Source of the DNA: an uncultured bacterium
GTDB taxonomy: Bacteria > Omnitrophota > Omnitrophia > Omnitrophales > Abzuiibacteriaceae
NCBI GenBank assembly: GCA_964387845.1
Contig: CAYLXA010000001.1
Coordinates: 290,627-354,626, forward strand
DNA length: 64,000 nucleotides
Direction of reading: 5' to 3'
A model generated the notes under the pieces. That model saw only the letters and a program-made list of their open reading frames with translations, made no database searches and was not told the DNA's origin. Shown piece by piece: positions 1-10,915 of the stretch (positions within the stretch are counted from its first letter, which is position 1; each line of letters begins with the position of its first letter). The translations under genes were made by a program, and so were the position numbers.

Positions 1-1144
1 GCTCATGGAAAGTGTCACATTCAGCGGCACTGTTTTATAGTGCCCGTCAAAATGCAGGAAACACCGCCAAAAAATTGCCGAATCATCGGAAATCATGTCT
101 ACAGGCCAATAATTCACATCAACCAGCGTTTGAAAATTCATACTGTGACTTGAAAATGTAACCAAATGGTCCGGATCCGCCGATTCAATCAGCTGGCCGA
201 ACGAAGAACCGGTATCCATCATGCGCGCAAACGCCGGGACTTCCCAGACATTGTTGTGATAAACCGGGATCGGCTGAAAACTGCACCGCATCCTGTCTTC
301 GCGGATTAGAAAATGATACGTAAGAGACGAAAAATATTCTTTTGTGACACAAGTATCCGCATCAAAACAGGAAATGAGGACATTTTGCAATGGGATTTTC
401 TGTTTTTCCAAAAACTCCTTTACCCTTTTCGCAGCCCAGCTCGCATTGGCACCTTTGACAGGCGTTTCACCGGGCAAACCATCCGGATGAAAGGTCACGA
501 GAAAATTAAAAAACACGCTGGTATAGGATTTATAAAGTTCTTCGGCCTTTAATTTCGCGCCTTCGCCTTCGCGATCTTCGAATGCCACCACCACAATCAT
601 CCGGTCAAGCGGATAGTTAGCATTCCGTATAGAATTTAAAGTATCTTTAAGGACACGCATATCTTCCCGAAACGCCGGCAGGATAACAGCGTGATAAATT
701 AAGCCGTAATCCGGAATTTCGGTTTTTGCCCGCACGAGCCGCTCGACACGGTGCAGGTATTCCGTCTGAGACCTGAATTTGCGGACTAGTTTGATTTTAT
801 TCTCGGAGCGGTGGAGTTTTTTGATTTCCTGATAAAGCCCGTTCAATCTTTCTTTAATCTTTGTTTCAAACTCACTCAAATTCATGAGTTCTTTGCACCG
901 CATTTGCCAATCCGTATCCCGCTCCTGGTCCAAAATCGAGTAAGACAACACGATTAACGTTGTCATATAAAATAAGCGGAACACCCAAAATAAATTAAAC
1001 AACAAAACCAGAATTGCGCCCGCGATGGGTTTGGCAGCAGCTGTGGCTATAAAAAGAATGAGCAGGCTCCAGCTGATAAGGCCTGGGACAATCTCGAAAA
1101 TGCGCCGAAAAAGGTAACTTTTTTTAGTAAGTGATTCTGTCATT
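1..1144 (-). CDS. Family 2 glycosyltransferase, membrane-anchored, partial (C-terminus lies beyond the window start). Not in the ORF track because no stop falls in the window.
   Basis: Manual minus-strand translation from the ATG at 1144: MTESLTKKSYLFRRIFEIVPGLISWSLLILFIATAAAKP..., an N-terminal TM, then DRMIVVVAFEDREGEGA and SCFDADTCVTKEYF (GT2 DxD-type motif). Open to position 1. The 313..552 plus-strand ORF on the opposite strand is spurious. Confidence 0.6.
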
Positions 1145-1156
1145 TTGTGGCCAACA

Positions 1157-2644
1157 CTAATCCAAAGAAATTTGAACCGGTGAATGATAGGGTTTTGTAA
1201 ATTTAATTGAAAACGGAAAAAGCGACGGCTCCAACAATTCGGCTTCGCAGATTTGCGTACGCTCATCGGAATCACAGCCGGTCCAATATATTCTGCCGCT
1301 TAGCTCGTCCAAATGAATGGACAGCTCATCACCCGCCCAATGTTCGGCGATTGTTTGGCTCGAAACCGAATTGCCGGTTGTAAAATTCATTTCGATCAGT
1401 TCGATCGTCTTAGCGGTTGCCATGACCGCATATTTTCCCTGCCGGATCATCTGCGCAAACAAGATCGGGCGGTCACTCTTCCAAATCAACCTTTTCTGCG
1501 GGCCCTCCTCAAAAAAACTGTCCCGCTTTCCCGCCGTTTGCAGGTCAAGCAGCCAAAGCTCTTTTGATTTCCAAAAGAGCAGCTGCTCGAGCCCGGGCAT
1601 CAACCTGACCGATTTGACATCCTCATCAATAAAATAAGGCAGCCGGTTCATGAGAAGCTTGCCATCCTCCGAAAGCCAAAACATGGTGCCTTTCTCGGTC
1701 ATGAAAACCCGGTACGGTTCAAAATCCTCGTCTCCGAAAAAAAACCTTTTGAATCCTTGATTCGGAAATAAATTGACGATTTTCTTTCCCTCCAAGTCAG
1801 CGGAAAAAAGATCCTGTCCGGAATCAAATCCGTAAATTTTGTCGCCGATCACTTCAAAAGAAAGAACCTTGCTGATGAGCCCCGTTTTGTGGGAGCGGCT
1901 CCCGAGATCGATTAGATCAATCCGATCTCCGTTCAGGCAAAATAACTTTTCGGAATCATTCGGATGAAAGCGCGCGTTGGAAACCGGATCCTGAGTAAAT
2001 TTTGATAGAAAAACCGGCAAGGCGTCCTCCGAAACCGTGCTGGCGACATACTCTGTCCGGGAACCGCTTTGAAACCCGATCAATACCCTTTTTTCATCTG
2101 CTGACGAACTAATTTCGACTGAATTTACTTTTGAATCCTTTTCTTCAAACTCAACAACCGGAAAGGACTTTTTCTTTTTAACGTCATGCGCCAGAATCGT
2201 TACTTTATTGCGAGCTTGGTGAACAAGAAATAAATACTTGTCGTCGTCTGAGGGCAGAAAAGCGTTGACAGGAAAAATGGTGGATTTTGATTGATGTAAC
2301 TCTTTTGGTATCAATAAGATATGCTCAATCCGAGTTACCTCCTCCTGCCGCACTTCGAGATCGCGGCTCCAAGATTGATAATCTTTACGCACAACTTCAA
2401 CATGATACCGTCCGGGCCTTAAACCCGAAATTGCCGCGGGGCTTTTCCCACGATAATGGTGGTCAACTAAAATATCCGAAGATTTAGGCTCCGACACAAC
2501 CGAGATGATTCCTGTTTTCACAAAATTTTTTGAAACAGGATCAAACACAAAACCGAGCGAATAAAGAGCGAGGACGGGCGCAGTAAGAAAATAAAGAATG
2601 ATAAACAGCCAAAAAATGACTTTGCGTAGTGTGCTGAGTCTCAT
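1157..2644 (-). CDS. PEGA-domain membrane/secreted protein with a beta-propeller-like repeat region
   Basis: N-terminal TM (VIFWLFIILYFLTAPVLALY). PEGA-like segment YRGKSPAAISGLRPGRYHVEVVRKDYQSWSRDLEV. Twelve bp downstream of the GT2 gene on the same strand. Confidence 0.5.
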   Translation of the reverse strand: MRLSTLRKVIFWLFIILYFLTAPVLALYSLGFVFDPVSKNFVKTGIISVVSEPKSSDILVDHHYRGKSPAAISGLRPGRYHVEVVRKDYQSWSRDLEVRQEEVTRIEHILLIPKELHQSKSTIFPVNAFLPSDDDKYLFLVHQARNKVTILAHDVKKKKSFPVVEFEEKDSKVNSVEISSSADEKRVLIGFQSGSRTEYVASTVSEDALPVFLSKFTQDPVSNARFHPNDSEKLFCLNGDRIDLIDLGSRSHKTGLISKVLSFEVIGDKIYGFDSGQDLFSADLEGKKIVNLFPNQGFKRFFFGDEDFEPYRVFMTEKGTMFWLSEDGKLLMNRLPYFIDEDVKSVRLMPGLEQLLFWKSKELWLLDLQTAGKRDSFFEEGPQKRLIWKSDRPILFAQMIRQGKYAVMATAKTIELIEMNFTTGNSVSSQTIAEHWAGDELSIHLDELSGRIYWTGCDSDERTQICEAELLEPSLFPFSIKFTKPYHSPVQISLD

Positions 2645-2659
2645 ATCTTAGGAAAATCT

Positions 2660-3373
2660 TTACGATTTTTTCTCAAGCCAACGGAACAATTGGGAAAAAA
2701 ACTGCACGTACCGGTGACCGACTTCCATCGCCGACTGCTTCGTCACTTGCTGCTTAATGCGTTTCTCGCCCCAATCCACCATTCCTCCGCACCAATGCGG
2801 CGCAATGTCGCTTGTCCATGCTCCGGTTTTTCCCTTCCCGAAACTTCCGAACACAAGAAGCGGCGCTTTCTTTCCGGACACTTTCTCAACAAGCTGTAGA
2901 ATGATTTTCACATTTTTTTTCGGAATCACTTGATTATAGCCAATAATCACCGGACTGACTTTGAGCGGAATATTTTTTAAAACTGCGTGGGCGTTGACTT
3001 TTCTAAAATAAGCGCCGCTTGCAAGCTGGCGCCGGTCATCTCCCCTTTTGCAGAAAACGGGCAGCGCTTTTTCAATGGGCGTTTTCCGGTAACCGCCATC
3101 CAAACCCGTAAAAGACCCCCACCCGCCAATCATGAGCAATCCGGTACCGCGCGAAACTTGGCTTACGATTTTCTTCATAACAGCCGGCGACAGGTTCTTT
3201 CGCGAATAATCACTGATGATAATCAGAGAAAAAGTTCTGGCGAGTACGGCGGCTGATACTTTTTTGCCGGGCGGAACATGAATGACGGAACGCTTCATGC
3301 GTTTTGCAATACCCAACAAATAACGTGCGTTGTGCTCAGCAGGGCCGTCGCCCAAATAAAGATACGGTTTCAT
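2660..3373 (-). CDS. Hypothetical protein, possibly class I glutamine-amidotransferase-like/ThuA-fold; function unknown
   Basis: 237-aa ORF tightly packed in the same operon-like arrangement. Motif LLMIGGWGSFTGLDGG. No confident family assignment. Confidence 0.45.
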   Translation of the reverse strand: MKPYLYLGDGPAEHNARYLLGIAKRMKRSVIHVPPGKKVSAAVLARTFSLIIISDYSRKNLSPAVMKKIVSQVSRGTGLLMIGGWGSFTGLDGGYRKTPIEKALPVFCKRGDDRRQLASGAYFRKVNAHAVLKNIPLKVSPVIIGYNQVIPKKNVKIILQLVEKVSGKKAPLLVFGSFGKGKTGAWTSDIAPHWCGGMVDWGEKRIKQQVTKQSAMEVGHRYVQFFSQLFRWLEKKS

Positions 3374-4176
3374 TATTTATCGTATCCCAATTTTTTAAAT
3401 GAAAGTTTCAGGATTTGTATCACGGTAGAGCGAGGAACTAATTTCTCAACATAATAAAGCGCCCGATTCCACAAACCGGTGATGACACTGGCCGTACGGC
3501 GGCGTGCAATCGCGCGAAACGCTTCCTCCACAACCTCCTCGGCAGTCTGTGACGGCCGTTTATCAAGCGGATGATGCTCGTAACCGGCTGCCTCTCCAAA
3601 ATTGGTTTCGGTCCTGCCGGGGCATACATTAATAATTTGAATGCCCTTTTCCGAAAATTCGGACGCAACGGCTTCTGAAAACGACGTCACAAAAGCCTTT
3701 GATGCTGCATAAACTGAAAAGTAAGGCATCGGTTGAAAACCGGCCGTTGAAGAGACGTTGATGATCATTCCGTGCTTTTGACTCACCATGCCGGGTAAAA
3801 ACAAATGCGTGAGCGCCACGAGCGCTTTGACGTTCACATCCACCATCTCTAACTGGCGCTCGAGATCTAGTCTTGTAAAACTACCGATTGCGCCAAAGCC
3901 GGCATTGTTGACGAGGCAGTCAATCACGATTCCGCCGCCTCGGATTTCTTCATAAATCTTGCGGTACAAATTGTCATGAGACAGATCGGCGGGCAAAACA
4001 ACGGTTTTGATCTGATGTTTTTGTTCGAGGACACGCGCAATGGCCGTTAACTTGTCTTCAGAACGAGCCAGCAAAACGATGTTCCAACCTTCTTTGGCAA
4101 ACCGCTCGGCAAACGCCTTTCCGATTCCGGATGATGCACCGGTGATCAGAGCCCATTTATTCTGTTTGGTGATCAT
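3373..4176 (-). CDS. Short-chain dehydrogenase/reductase (SDR) family oxidoreductase
   Basis: ALITGASSGIGKAFA (TGxxxGxG), NNAG, and the YAASKAF catalytic YxxxK. Start trimmed to MITKQNKWALITG (ATG at 4176); the longer ORF-track N-terminus overlaps a terminator hairpin. Confidence 0.8.
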   Translation of the reverse strand: MITKQNKWALITGASSGIGKAFAERFAKEGWNIVLLARSEDKLTAIARVLEQKHQIKTVVLPADLSHDNLYRKIYEEIRGGGIVIDCLVNNAGFGAIGSFTRLDLERQLEMVDVNVKALVALTHLFLPGMVSQKHGMIINVSSTAGFQPMPYFSVYAASKAFVTSFSEAVASEFSEKGIQIINVCPGRTETNFGEAAGYEHHPLDKRPSQTAEEVVEEAFRAIARRRTASVITGLWNRALYYVEKLVPRSTVIQILKLSFKKLGYDK

Positions 4177-4195
4177 AGCCGGTATTATAACACTT

Positions 4196-4236
4196 AAAAA
4201 AGCAAAAACCCTTGGCAATTTCTCGCCAAGGGTTTG
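4196..4236 (-). terminator. Rho-independent terminator downstream of nrdJ
   Basis: On the minus strand: AAACCCTTGGCgagaaattGCCAAGGGTTT (perfect 11-bp stem) followed by TTTTGCTTTTTT. Confidence 0.6.
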
Positions 4237-4342
4237 TGAATCAAATGGAAAAACAGGGTCAGGTGCCAAGGGTCATGGGTCAAGGCACAAATGAACGGTT
4301 ACTCTTGCCTTGACCCTTGCTACTTGCCCCTTGACCCTAAGA

Positions 4343-7300
4343 TCAGGAACAACCGATGCTATTGCCGCAGTTCAAACATTTATAGCAGGAGCCGTTGCGG
4401 ACAGTAATATGGCCGCAACCGTTGCAAACCGGTGCATCTCCCATCATGTGCGCCAAATGGTCGCTTAATACGGACACGCCCCCTTTGGCTTCTGCTTCTT
4501 CCTGCACGCCACCGCCGGTTGACGTATGTGCTACCGACACAGCCGCAACTGCGGTTTGTTTCGCCGAAGAAACCGGCTCTTGCGGAATCTTTTTTGCTTC
4601 AGCGGCTTTTGCCTTTTCGATTTTTTTCTGCTTCGGCGCCTCCGTAATGGCTTCAGCATCCGTCGGGCGGTGGATGAAATCGGTACGGCCGAGATATTCC
4701 ATGCCAAGCACGCGGAACACATAGTCGATCACGGAAGTCGAGAACTTAATATTCGGATGATCCACAGGCCCTTGCGGCTCAAAGCGCGTGAAGGTAAACA
4801 CATCCACGAACTCTTTCAGCGGAACTCCGTATTGAAGCCCGAGTGAAATTGAAATCGCAAAGCAGTTCATGAGACTTCTGAACGCCGCACCTTCTTTGTG
4901 CATATCGATAAAGATTTCGCCCAACGCACCATCCTCATATTCCCCGGTGCGCAGATAAACTTTGTGGCCGGCAACTTTGGCTTCCTGCGTAAATCCGGCG
5001 CGCTTTTTCGGCAAACGGCGCCTTGAGGGAGCTGCCACCACCGCTTCAACTTCTGCTTTCTTATCGGAATCTTTGGAATCACCGGTATTGGAACTTAAAG
5101 GCTGAGACGCTTTGCAGCCGTCGCGGTAAAGCGCGATGGCCTTCAAACCCAGCTTCCAACCTTCCATATAAATGTTGTAAATATCCTGTTCGGTTGATTC
5201 GTTCGGGATATTGACCGTCTTCGAGATCGCGCCCGAAATAAACGGCTGCGCGGCGGCCATCATGCGGATATGAGCCATCGGAGCAATAAAACGTTGGCCG
5301 TACTTGCCGCACTTATTGGCGCAATCAAACACCGCAAGATGTTCATTCTTCAAATGCGGTGCGCCTTCAACCGTCATGGTTCCGCAAACCACACGGCCGG
5401 CTTCTTCGATCTCAGCTTTCGAGAAACCAAACGCTTCAAGGAGACTAAATCCCGGCGTTTGATATTGCTCCGGCTTAAATCCAAGGCGTTTCAAAGTATC
5501 TTCTCCGAGAATCCAGGAAGCAAACCCATCTTTAAGTTCGAAAATAAACGGAAGCGCGTTTTCTACCTTTTCCAAATCTTCTTTGGTCAGGCCCTTATTC
5601 AAAAGCGCGGATTCGTTCACCCACGGCGAGGTTTTGAGTGAATTGGTTCCGAGCACATATTCAATGATTTCCTTAGACTCCACTTCGTTGTAGCCAAGAT
5701 GCTTGAGCGCGGACGGCACGGATTGATTGACGATTTTGAAATAACCGCCGCCTGCGAGCTTTTTGAATTTCACCAGCGCGAAATCAGGCTCAATGCCGGT
5801 TGTGTCGCAATCCATCAAAAGGCCGATGGTGCCGGTCGGCGCAATCACAGTGGCTTGCGCGTTGCGGTAACCATAACGCTTTCCGAAATTCACCGCATCG
5901 TTCCAATCTTCTTCCGCGGCTTTGAGTAGATAGGAAGGACACTTTTCAGCGCTAATGGCTTTCACGGCAGCGCGGTGTTTTTCCATCACACGCAAAGTCG
6001 GTTCCTGATTTTTTGCGTAACCGGGGAAAGCACCTTTGTGTTGTGCGATTTCGGCGGATACACGGTAACCATGGCCGGTCAAAATCGCCGTGAGCGCTCC
6101 GCAGATCGCAAAACCTTCTTCGCTGTCATACGGAATGCCGTTGACCATCAAAAGCGTTCCGAGATTCGCATAACCAAGGCCGAGCGGGCGGTAATCATGG
6201 CTGTTCTGGGCAATCTTTTGTGTCGGATAAGATGAGAAATCCACCAGGATTTCCTGCGCGGTAATCAAAATGCGGATGGCGTGGCGATAACTTTCCACAT
6301 CCACTGAACCATCTTCATTCAAGAATTTCATCAAGTTGATGGACGACAGGTTGCAGGCTGTATCATCCAAAAACATGTATTCCGAACAAGGATTGGAAGC
6401 GTTGATTTTGTCCGTGTTAGACGATGTGTGCCAATCATTGATCGTGGTATCAAATTGAACACCCGGATCCGCGCATTCCCAAGCTGAATGGCAGATTTGG
6501 TTAAAAAGCTTGCGGGCATCTAGACTTTCGCAAACTTCGCCGGTCGTGCGGAAACGTGTTTCCCATTTTCCGCCTTCGACAACGGCTTTCATAAACTCAT
6601 CCGGAACGCGGACGGAATTATTAGAATTTTGGCCGGAAACCGTACGATACGCTTCTCCGTTGAAATCAGCCGGGTAACCTGCGGCAATTAAAGCGCGGAC
6701 TTTTCTTTCTTCCTTTTCCTTCCAATTAATGAAGTCGACAATTTCGGGATGGTCCATATCGAGGCAAACCATCTTGGCCGCACGGCGTGTGGTACCGCCG
6801 GATTTCGTGGCGCCCGCGCCGCGATCAAGGACTTCTAAAAATGACATGAGGCCGGATGAAGTACCGCCGCCTGAAAGTTTTTCCTGACGGCCGCGGAGTT
6901 TTGAAAAGTTGGTTCCCGTTCCGGAGCCGTATTTGAAAAGGCGCGCTTCGGCTTTCACCAAATCAAAAATGGACATCAAATCATCGCCGACAGATTGGAT
7001 AAAGCAAGCGGAGCATTGCGGATGAGAATAAGCGTCTGTGGTCCTTTCAACTGTTCCTGTTTTCGGATTCCAGAACCAATTGCCGCCGCTTCCTTTAATA
7101 CCATATTCATGGTAGAGGCCGCAGTTGAACCATACGGGAGAATTGAAGGCCGCTTTTTGCGTCACGAGGAGATGGGTAAGCTCCATTTCAAATGCTTCGG
7201 CATCTTCCGGAGTGGCAAAATAATTTCCGAGCTCTTCACCTGCGCGGCGGATTGTGTGCGCAATACGCTTCACCACTTGCCGAACGCTGGTTTCGCCGCC

Positions 7301-7612
7301 GACGCTCGTAACACCGGCCTTCCGGAAATATTTTGAAACCACAATGTCCGTCGCAAGCTGCGTCCAAGACTTTGGAATTTCGGCGTCTTCCATTTTAAAC
7401 ACAACAGAACCATCGGGATTGCTGATCACAGATTTGCGGCGGTCCCACTCAATCTGATCGAAAGGATGAACGCCTTCTTGCGTGAATCTGCGCGCAATAT
7501 GAATCCCTTCACGCGAACTAACACCGGCACCGGCAGAAAAATGTGCTTTTCCGTTTGATCCTGCTTCAGCCGATTTATTCGCTTGTTTGGTTTTTTGTGT
7601 TTTTGCTGACAT
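4343..7612 (-). CDS. nrdJ: Class II (adenosylcobalamin-dependent) ribonucleotide reductase NrdJ
   Basis: 1089 aa. [21 protein letters not shown] active-site region, a long RNR fold, and a C-terminal Cys-rich tail [23 protein letters not shown] typical of NrdJ. SD AACGGAGG about 9 nt before the ATG. Confidence 0.9.
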   Translation of the reverse strand: MSAKTQKTKQANKSAEAGSNGKAHFSAGAGVSSREGIHIARRFTQEGVHPFDQIEWDRRKSVISNPDGSVVFKMEDAEIPKSWTQLATDIVVSKYFRKAGVTSVGGETSVRQVVKRIAHTIRRAGEELGNYFATPEDAEAFEMELTHLLVTQKAAFNSPVWFNCGLYHEYGIKGSGGNWFWNPKTGTVERTTDAYSHPQCSACFIQSVGDDLMSIFDLVKAEARLFKYGSGTGTNFSKLRGRQEKLSGGGTSSGLMSFLEVLDRGAGATKSGGTTRRAAKMVCLDMDHPEIVDFINWKEKEERKVRALIAAGYPADFNGEAYRTVSGQNSNNSVRVPDEFMKAVVEGGKWETRFRTTGEVCESLDARKLFNQICHSAWECADPGVQFDTTINDWHTSSNTDKINASNPCSEYMFLDDTACNLSSINLMKFLNEDGSVDVESYRHAIRILITAQEILVDFSSYPTQKIAQNSHDYRPLGLGYANLGTLLMVNGIPYDSEEGFAICGALTAILTGHGYRVSAEIAQHKGAFPGYAKNQEPTLRVMEKHRAAVKAISAEKCPSYLLKAAEEDWNDAVNFGKRYGYRNAQATVIAPTGTIGLLMDCDTTGIEPDFALVKFKKLAGGGYFKIVNQSVPSALKHLGYNEVESKEIIEYVLGTNSLKTSPWVNESALLNKGLTKEDLEKVENALPFIFELKDGFASWILGEDTLKRLGFKPEQYQTPGFSLLEAFGFSKAEIEEAGRVVCGTMTVEGAPHLKNEHLAVFDCANKCGKYGQRFIAPMAHIRMMAAAQPFISGAISKTVNIPNESTEQDIYNIYMEGWKLGLKAIALYRDGCKASQPLSSNTGDSKDSDKKAEVEAVVAAPSRRRLPKKRAGFTQEAKVAGHKVYLRTGEYEDGALGEIFIDMHKEGAAFRSLMNCFAISISLGLQYGVPLKEFVDVFTFTRFEPQGPVDHPNIKFSTSVIDYVFRVLGMEYLGRTDFIHRPTDAEAITEAPKQKKIEKAKAAEAKKIPQEPVSSAKQTAVAAVSVAHTSTGGGVQEEAEAKGGVSVLSDHLAHMMGDAPVCNGCGHITVRNGSCYKCLNCGNSIGCS

Positions 7613-7674
7613 TATGAATTCCTCCGTTATCGAATCCTTAAGCTACCTTACTAAGCCGCTTAGGAGCTTTATTG

Positions 7675-7720
7675 TAGCATATATAGTGTTCTTTTAGAAC
7701 TTCTCTACCATATCTAGTGC
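7675..7720 (-). promoter_or_regulatory. Two candidate NrdR-box-like operator half-sites in the nrdJ promoter region
   Basis: tagcATATATAGTGTt (7675-7690) and ctaccATATcTAGTGc (7705-7720), about 30 bp apart. Right halves match the NrdR-box consensus ..TATAGTGT; left halves are poor. They overlap TATAAT-like -10 candidates on the nrdJ strand. Confidence 0.3.
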
Positions 7721-7878
7721 CCGTAATGGACAATTCGGCACTCTTGGATTTTACTTAAGCTTATTTTTCTCCCTTTTTCGCTATCTGAATTAGTTGTTCT
7801 TTAGGCTAGATGTATTTGGACCTGGTTGACCCACAAAATTCACGATGGACTTTGTAAATAAACTGACAGGAAGTCAGG

Positions 7879-7925
7879 AAAAAAAACGACTGAACCGGGC
7901 TCTCTTTAAGAGCCTGGTTCAGTCG
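7879..7925 (-). terminator. Rho-independent terminator downstream of mnmE
   Basis: CGACTGAACCGGGCTC / GAGCCTGGTTCAGTCG 16-bp stem (one mismatch). On the minus strand it is followed by T8 (plus-strand A-run 7879-7886). Confidence 0.6.
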
Positions 7926-8134
7926 CTTCATTTCACTGTTGGATGTTTCGAACAAGCATTAATTATGATTCCGTTACTTTCATCCGCGACTCTGCGATTT
8001 TGATCGCTCATCGCTTCCAATCGTTCATTGAATTTTTCATCAAAGAACTTTAACTGCCGAGTGAAGAGAATTTTATGCGAGAAATAATTCAGTGTCAACA
8101 ACAAAAATATTTTTTTTTAAAATCTCGCACAAAA

Positions 8135-9511
8135 TTATTTTCCGATACAAAATTCCTTGAAAATGACATCCAAAAGGTCTTCACTGTAGATCTCGCCGAT
8201 GATCTCACGCAATGCATCCAGCGCAAGTTTTAAGTCCATCGTAACAATTTCGAGAGATTCCTGCCTTCCGAATGATTCCCTGCTCTTTTCCAGCGCTTCC
8301 AGAGACGTTTCAAGTGAACGTTTATGACGAAGCCGTATCAAAGAAGCCGATTCTTTGGCAACGCCGTTCTGCCACACCGCTGATACGACACTTTTCTCCA
8401 GTTCTTCGAAGCCAAATTTTGTTTTTGCCGAAACCAGGCATGCTTTTTGACCCTTTACAAAGTTCTTTTCTAATGTTTTTTCTAAAAGATCGGCTTTATT
8501 GATGACATGAATGACGGATTTTCCCTCCAACTCGGAGCGAATCTTCTGATCTTCCGAAGTGACGCCGGCCGGTGCATCGGTGACAAACAAAAAGAGGTCG
8601 CCAGCTTCTATATATTGGCGCGATCTTTGAAGCGCAGCTTGCTGCAAGGGATCACTGCTTTCCCAAAAACCAGCCGTATCAACCAGGCGGATAGGAATTC
8701 CGTCTAGTTCGATCATTTCTTCAAGCGTATCACGCGTTGTGCCCGGAATATCAGACACAATGGCCCGGTCACGGTCGAGAAACGCATTCAGGAGCGACGA
8801 CTTACCCACGTTCGGCCTTCCTATAATTACCGCCAGGACGCCTTCCCGCAGGATTTCGCCCTTCGTAAAGGACCCAATGAGTGATTTCATCCGGTTTGCG
8901 GTTGATTCGTAAAGATCGAGAAAGGCTTTGTTCTCATAAATCTCCAAATTTTCATCCGGAAAGTCGAGATAAGCCTCCATATGCGCGTACATTTTCATTA
9001 GGCCGTCTTTGATCCCATGAATTTCTCGGGAAAGCGAGCCTCCGAGCTGATCCATGGCGGCCTTCAACGCACGATCCGTCTTGGCTTGAATCGCATCCAG
9101 CACGGCTTCAGCTTGCGTAAGGTCAAGCCGGCCGTTCAAGAACGCGCGCTTTGTGAATTCGCCGCGCTCAGCCATGCGCGCACCGGCTTTGAGTACCGCA
9201 TCCAGAATCCGGTGCAAAGATACCGCGCCGCCGTGCGCGCTAATCTCGACCACATCTTCCTTGGTGTATGAATTCGGCGCCCGAAAAACACTCGCCAGCA
9301 CCTCATCCAGCGTTTCGTGATTTGAATCCGTGATCACGCCGTGCCGGATGGTGTGCGTTTTGGCGGAAGCAAGCGGCCGGCCGTGTTTGGATCTAAAAAT
9401 TTTATCCGCGATTTGGATTGCGTCTTTTCCGCTGAGGCGGATCATGCCGATTCCGCCTTCACCGGCCGGTGTTGAAATCGCTGCAATCGTATCTTCTGAA
9501 TTGATTATCAT
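8135..9511 (-). CDS. mnmE: tRNA modification GTPase MnmE (TrmE)
   Basis: N-terminal MIINSEDTIAAISTPAGEGGIGMIRLSG, G-domain GRPNVGKSSLLN, C-terminal CIGK motif. Confidence 0.9.
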   Translation of the reverse strand: MIINSEDTIAAISTPAGEGGIGMIRLSGKDAIQIADKIFRSKHGRPLASAKTHTIRHGVITDSNHETLDEVLASVFRAPNSYTKEDVVEISAHGGAVSLHRILDAVLKAGARMAERGEFTKRAFLNGRLDLTQAEAVLDAIQAKTDRALKAAMDQLGGSLSREIHGIKDGLMKMYAHMEAYLDFPDENLEIYENKAFLDLYESTANRMKSLIGSFTKGEILREGVLAVIIGRPNVGKSSLLNAFLDRDRAIVSDIPGTTRDTLEEMIELDGIPIRLVDTAGFWESSDPLQQAALQRSRQYIEAGDLFLFVTDAPAGVTSEDQKIRSELEGKSVIHVINKADLLEKTLEKNFVKGQKACLVSAKTKFGFEELEKSVVSAVWQNGVAKESASLIRLRHKRSLETSLEALEKSRESFGRQESLEIVTMDLKLALDALREIIGEIYSEDLLDVIFKEFCIGK

Positions 9512-9574
9512 AGTTTTAAGTCGTAAGTGGTAAGGGCTAAGTTATTCGATCGCTTAACACTTACCACTTATCAC
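9512..9574. repeat. Heptad-repeat palindrome (NNTAAGT)n ... (ACTTANN)n, copy 1, directly abutting the mnmE start codon
   Basis: TTAAGT CGTAAGT GGTAAGG GCTAAGT ... ACTTACC ACTTATC ACTTATC. Same architecture at 43396-43478 and 47192-47276. Confidence 0.55.
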
Positions 9575-10903
9575 TTATCCCTTCTTCAATTGTTCGCTCG
9601 CTTCTGCGACAAGAAATAACGATCCGGTAATCACCGTGATTGCATTCCGGTCACTGAGCCGCTTTGAATATTCCAAGGCTTCTTTTATATTTTCAGCCGG
9701 GATCATCAAATCAAAATATGCTTTGCCGGCTTCCATCATGACTTTCAAATCCTGCGCTCTCGGCTGATCAGCTTTTGTGAGAATGACTAGCTGCGCAACA
9801 CCGGCCAAAGCACCGAGCATTGATTTTAAATCTTTTTCCCGTGAGGCGCCAAAGATAACCTGGATTTTCTTTCTTGGCAATAAGCGCCTGATGTTTCGGG
9901 CTAATGCGCTCATGGAAGCATCGTTATGAGCGCCATCCAAGATAAACATGCGGCCCTTCTTATTAATCACTTCAAAACGGCCGGGCCATTTAGCCGATAA
10001 AAGACCTGTTTTTATCTGAGATTGGGATATTCCGAGACCCATTTGACGGTTTAAAACATGAATACCGGCTAAAGCCGTTGCAGCGTTTTCTGTTTGAATA
10101 TCGCCGATCAAGTGTATTCGGCAACGTGCCAGCTTGATTTTCTTCATACTGAAATCAAACACAGAGCCATTAATATCCATCCGGCGAATTCGAGCTTGGA
10201 AATCCGTGCCCGAAAAGATACCCTTCACGCCAAGCGTGCGGCATCTTTTTTGAAGTACTGATTTTGCTTCAGATGTTTGTTTCGACGATACAAACGGCGT
10301 GTTGCGCCGGATGATCATGGATTTGTCTTTCGCGATTTTGGCAATGGTGCTGCCCAGATGCTCCTGATGATCCAAACTGATCGGCATCATCACCGACAAA
10401 TTCGGATGAACGATGGTCGTTGCGTCAAGCCGTCCGCCCATTCCGACCTCGAGAACCGCCCAATCAATTTTTTGCTCCGCAAAATATAAAAAAGCAATCA
10501 GTGTTGAAATTTCAAAAAATGTGATGGGTTCAAGCAATTTAATCTCGCGGCGTCTTTTCTCGATGGTCCTTTTTACTTTCGATACCAGCTTCGCGAGTTC
10601 CGATTTTGATATCATTTTCCCGTTAACGCGGATCCGCTCGCGAAAATCAATCAAGTGCGGCGATGTGTACATCCCGGCTTTGAATCCGGCAGATTGGAGA
10701 ATCGATTGAAAAAAGACAGCGGCCGAACCTTTTCCCTTTGTTCCGCCGATTAAAATGGACGGATACTTTTTCTCGGGATTGCCGAACCAGCGCGCAAGCA
10801 CACGCATCCGCTCGATGTTGAGCTCGCGTTTGTATTCGAAATGCGACACTTTCTCGAGGTTAAAGAAGGAATAAAGATACTGAAGCGCCGAAGCGTAGGT
10901 CAT
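9575..10903 (-). CDS. folC: Folylpolyglutamate synthase/dihydrofolate synthase (Mur-ligase family)
   Basis: LIGGTKGKGS P-loop of Mur ligases and overall FolC architecture. Confidence 0.8.
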   Translation of the reverse strand: MTYASALQYLYSFFNLEKVSHFEYKRELNIERMRVLARWFGNPEKKYPSILIGGTKGKGSAAVFFQSILQSAGFKAGMYTSPHLIDFRERIRVNGKMISKSELAKLVSKVKRTIEKRRREIKLLEPITFFEISTLIAFLYFAEQKIDWAVLEVGMGGRLDATTIVHPNLSVMMPISLDHQEHLGSTIAKIAKDKSMIIRRNTPFVSSKQTSEAKSVLQKRCRTLGVKGIFSGTDFQARIRRMDINGSVFDFSMKKIKLARCRIHLIGDIQTENAATALAGIHVLNRQMGLGISQSQIKTGLLSAKWPGRFEVINKKGRMFILDGAHNDASMSALARNIRRLLPRKKIQVIFGASREKDLKSMLGALAGVAQLVILTKADQPRAQDLKVMMEAGKAYFDLMIPAENIKEALEYSKRLSDRNAITVITGSLFLVAEASEQLKKG

Positions 10904-10915
10904 GGAAAGCGGGGT

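Noticed and set aside
313-552. 79-aa plus-strand ORF
   Set aside because: Lies antisense inside the much longer, motif-supported GT2 glycosyltransferase frame (1..1144, minus).
7613-8134. Cobalamin (B12) riboswitch in the nrdJ leader
   Set aside because: No B12-box-like GCCACTG core or conserved stems visible on the nrdJ strand. B12 riboswitches typically control class I/III RNR genes, not nrdJ itself.
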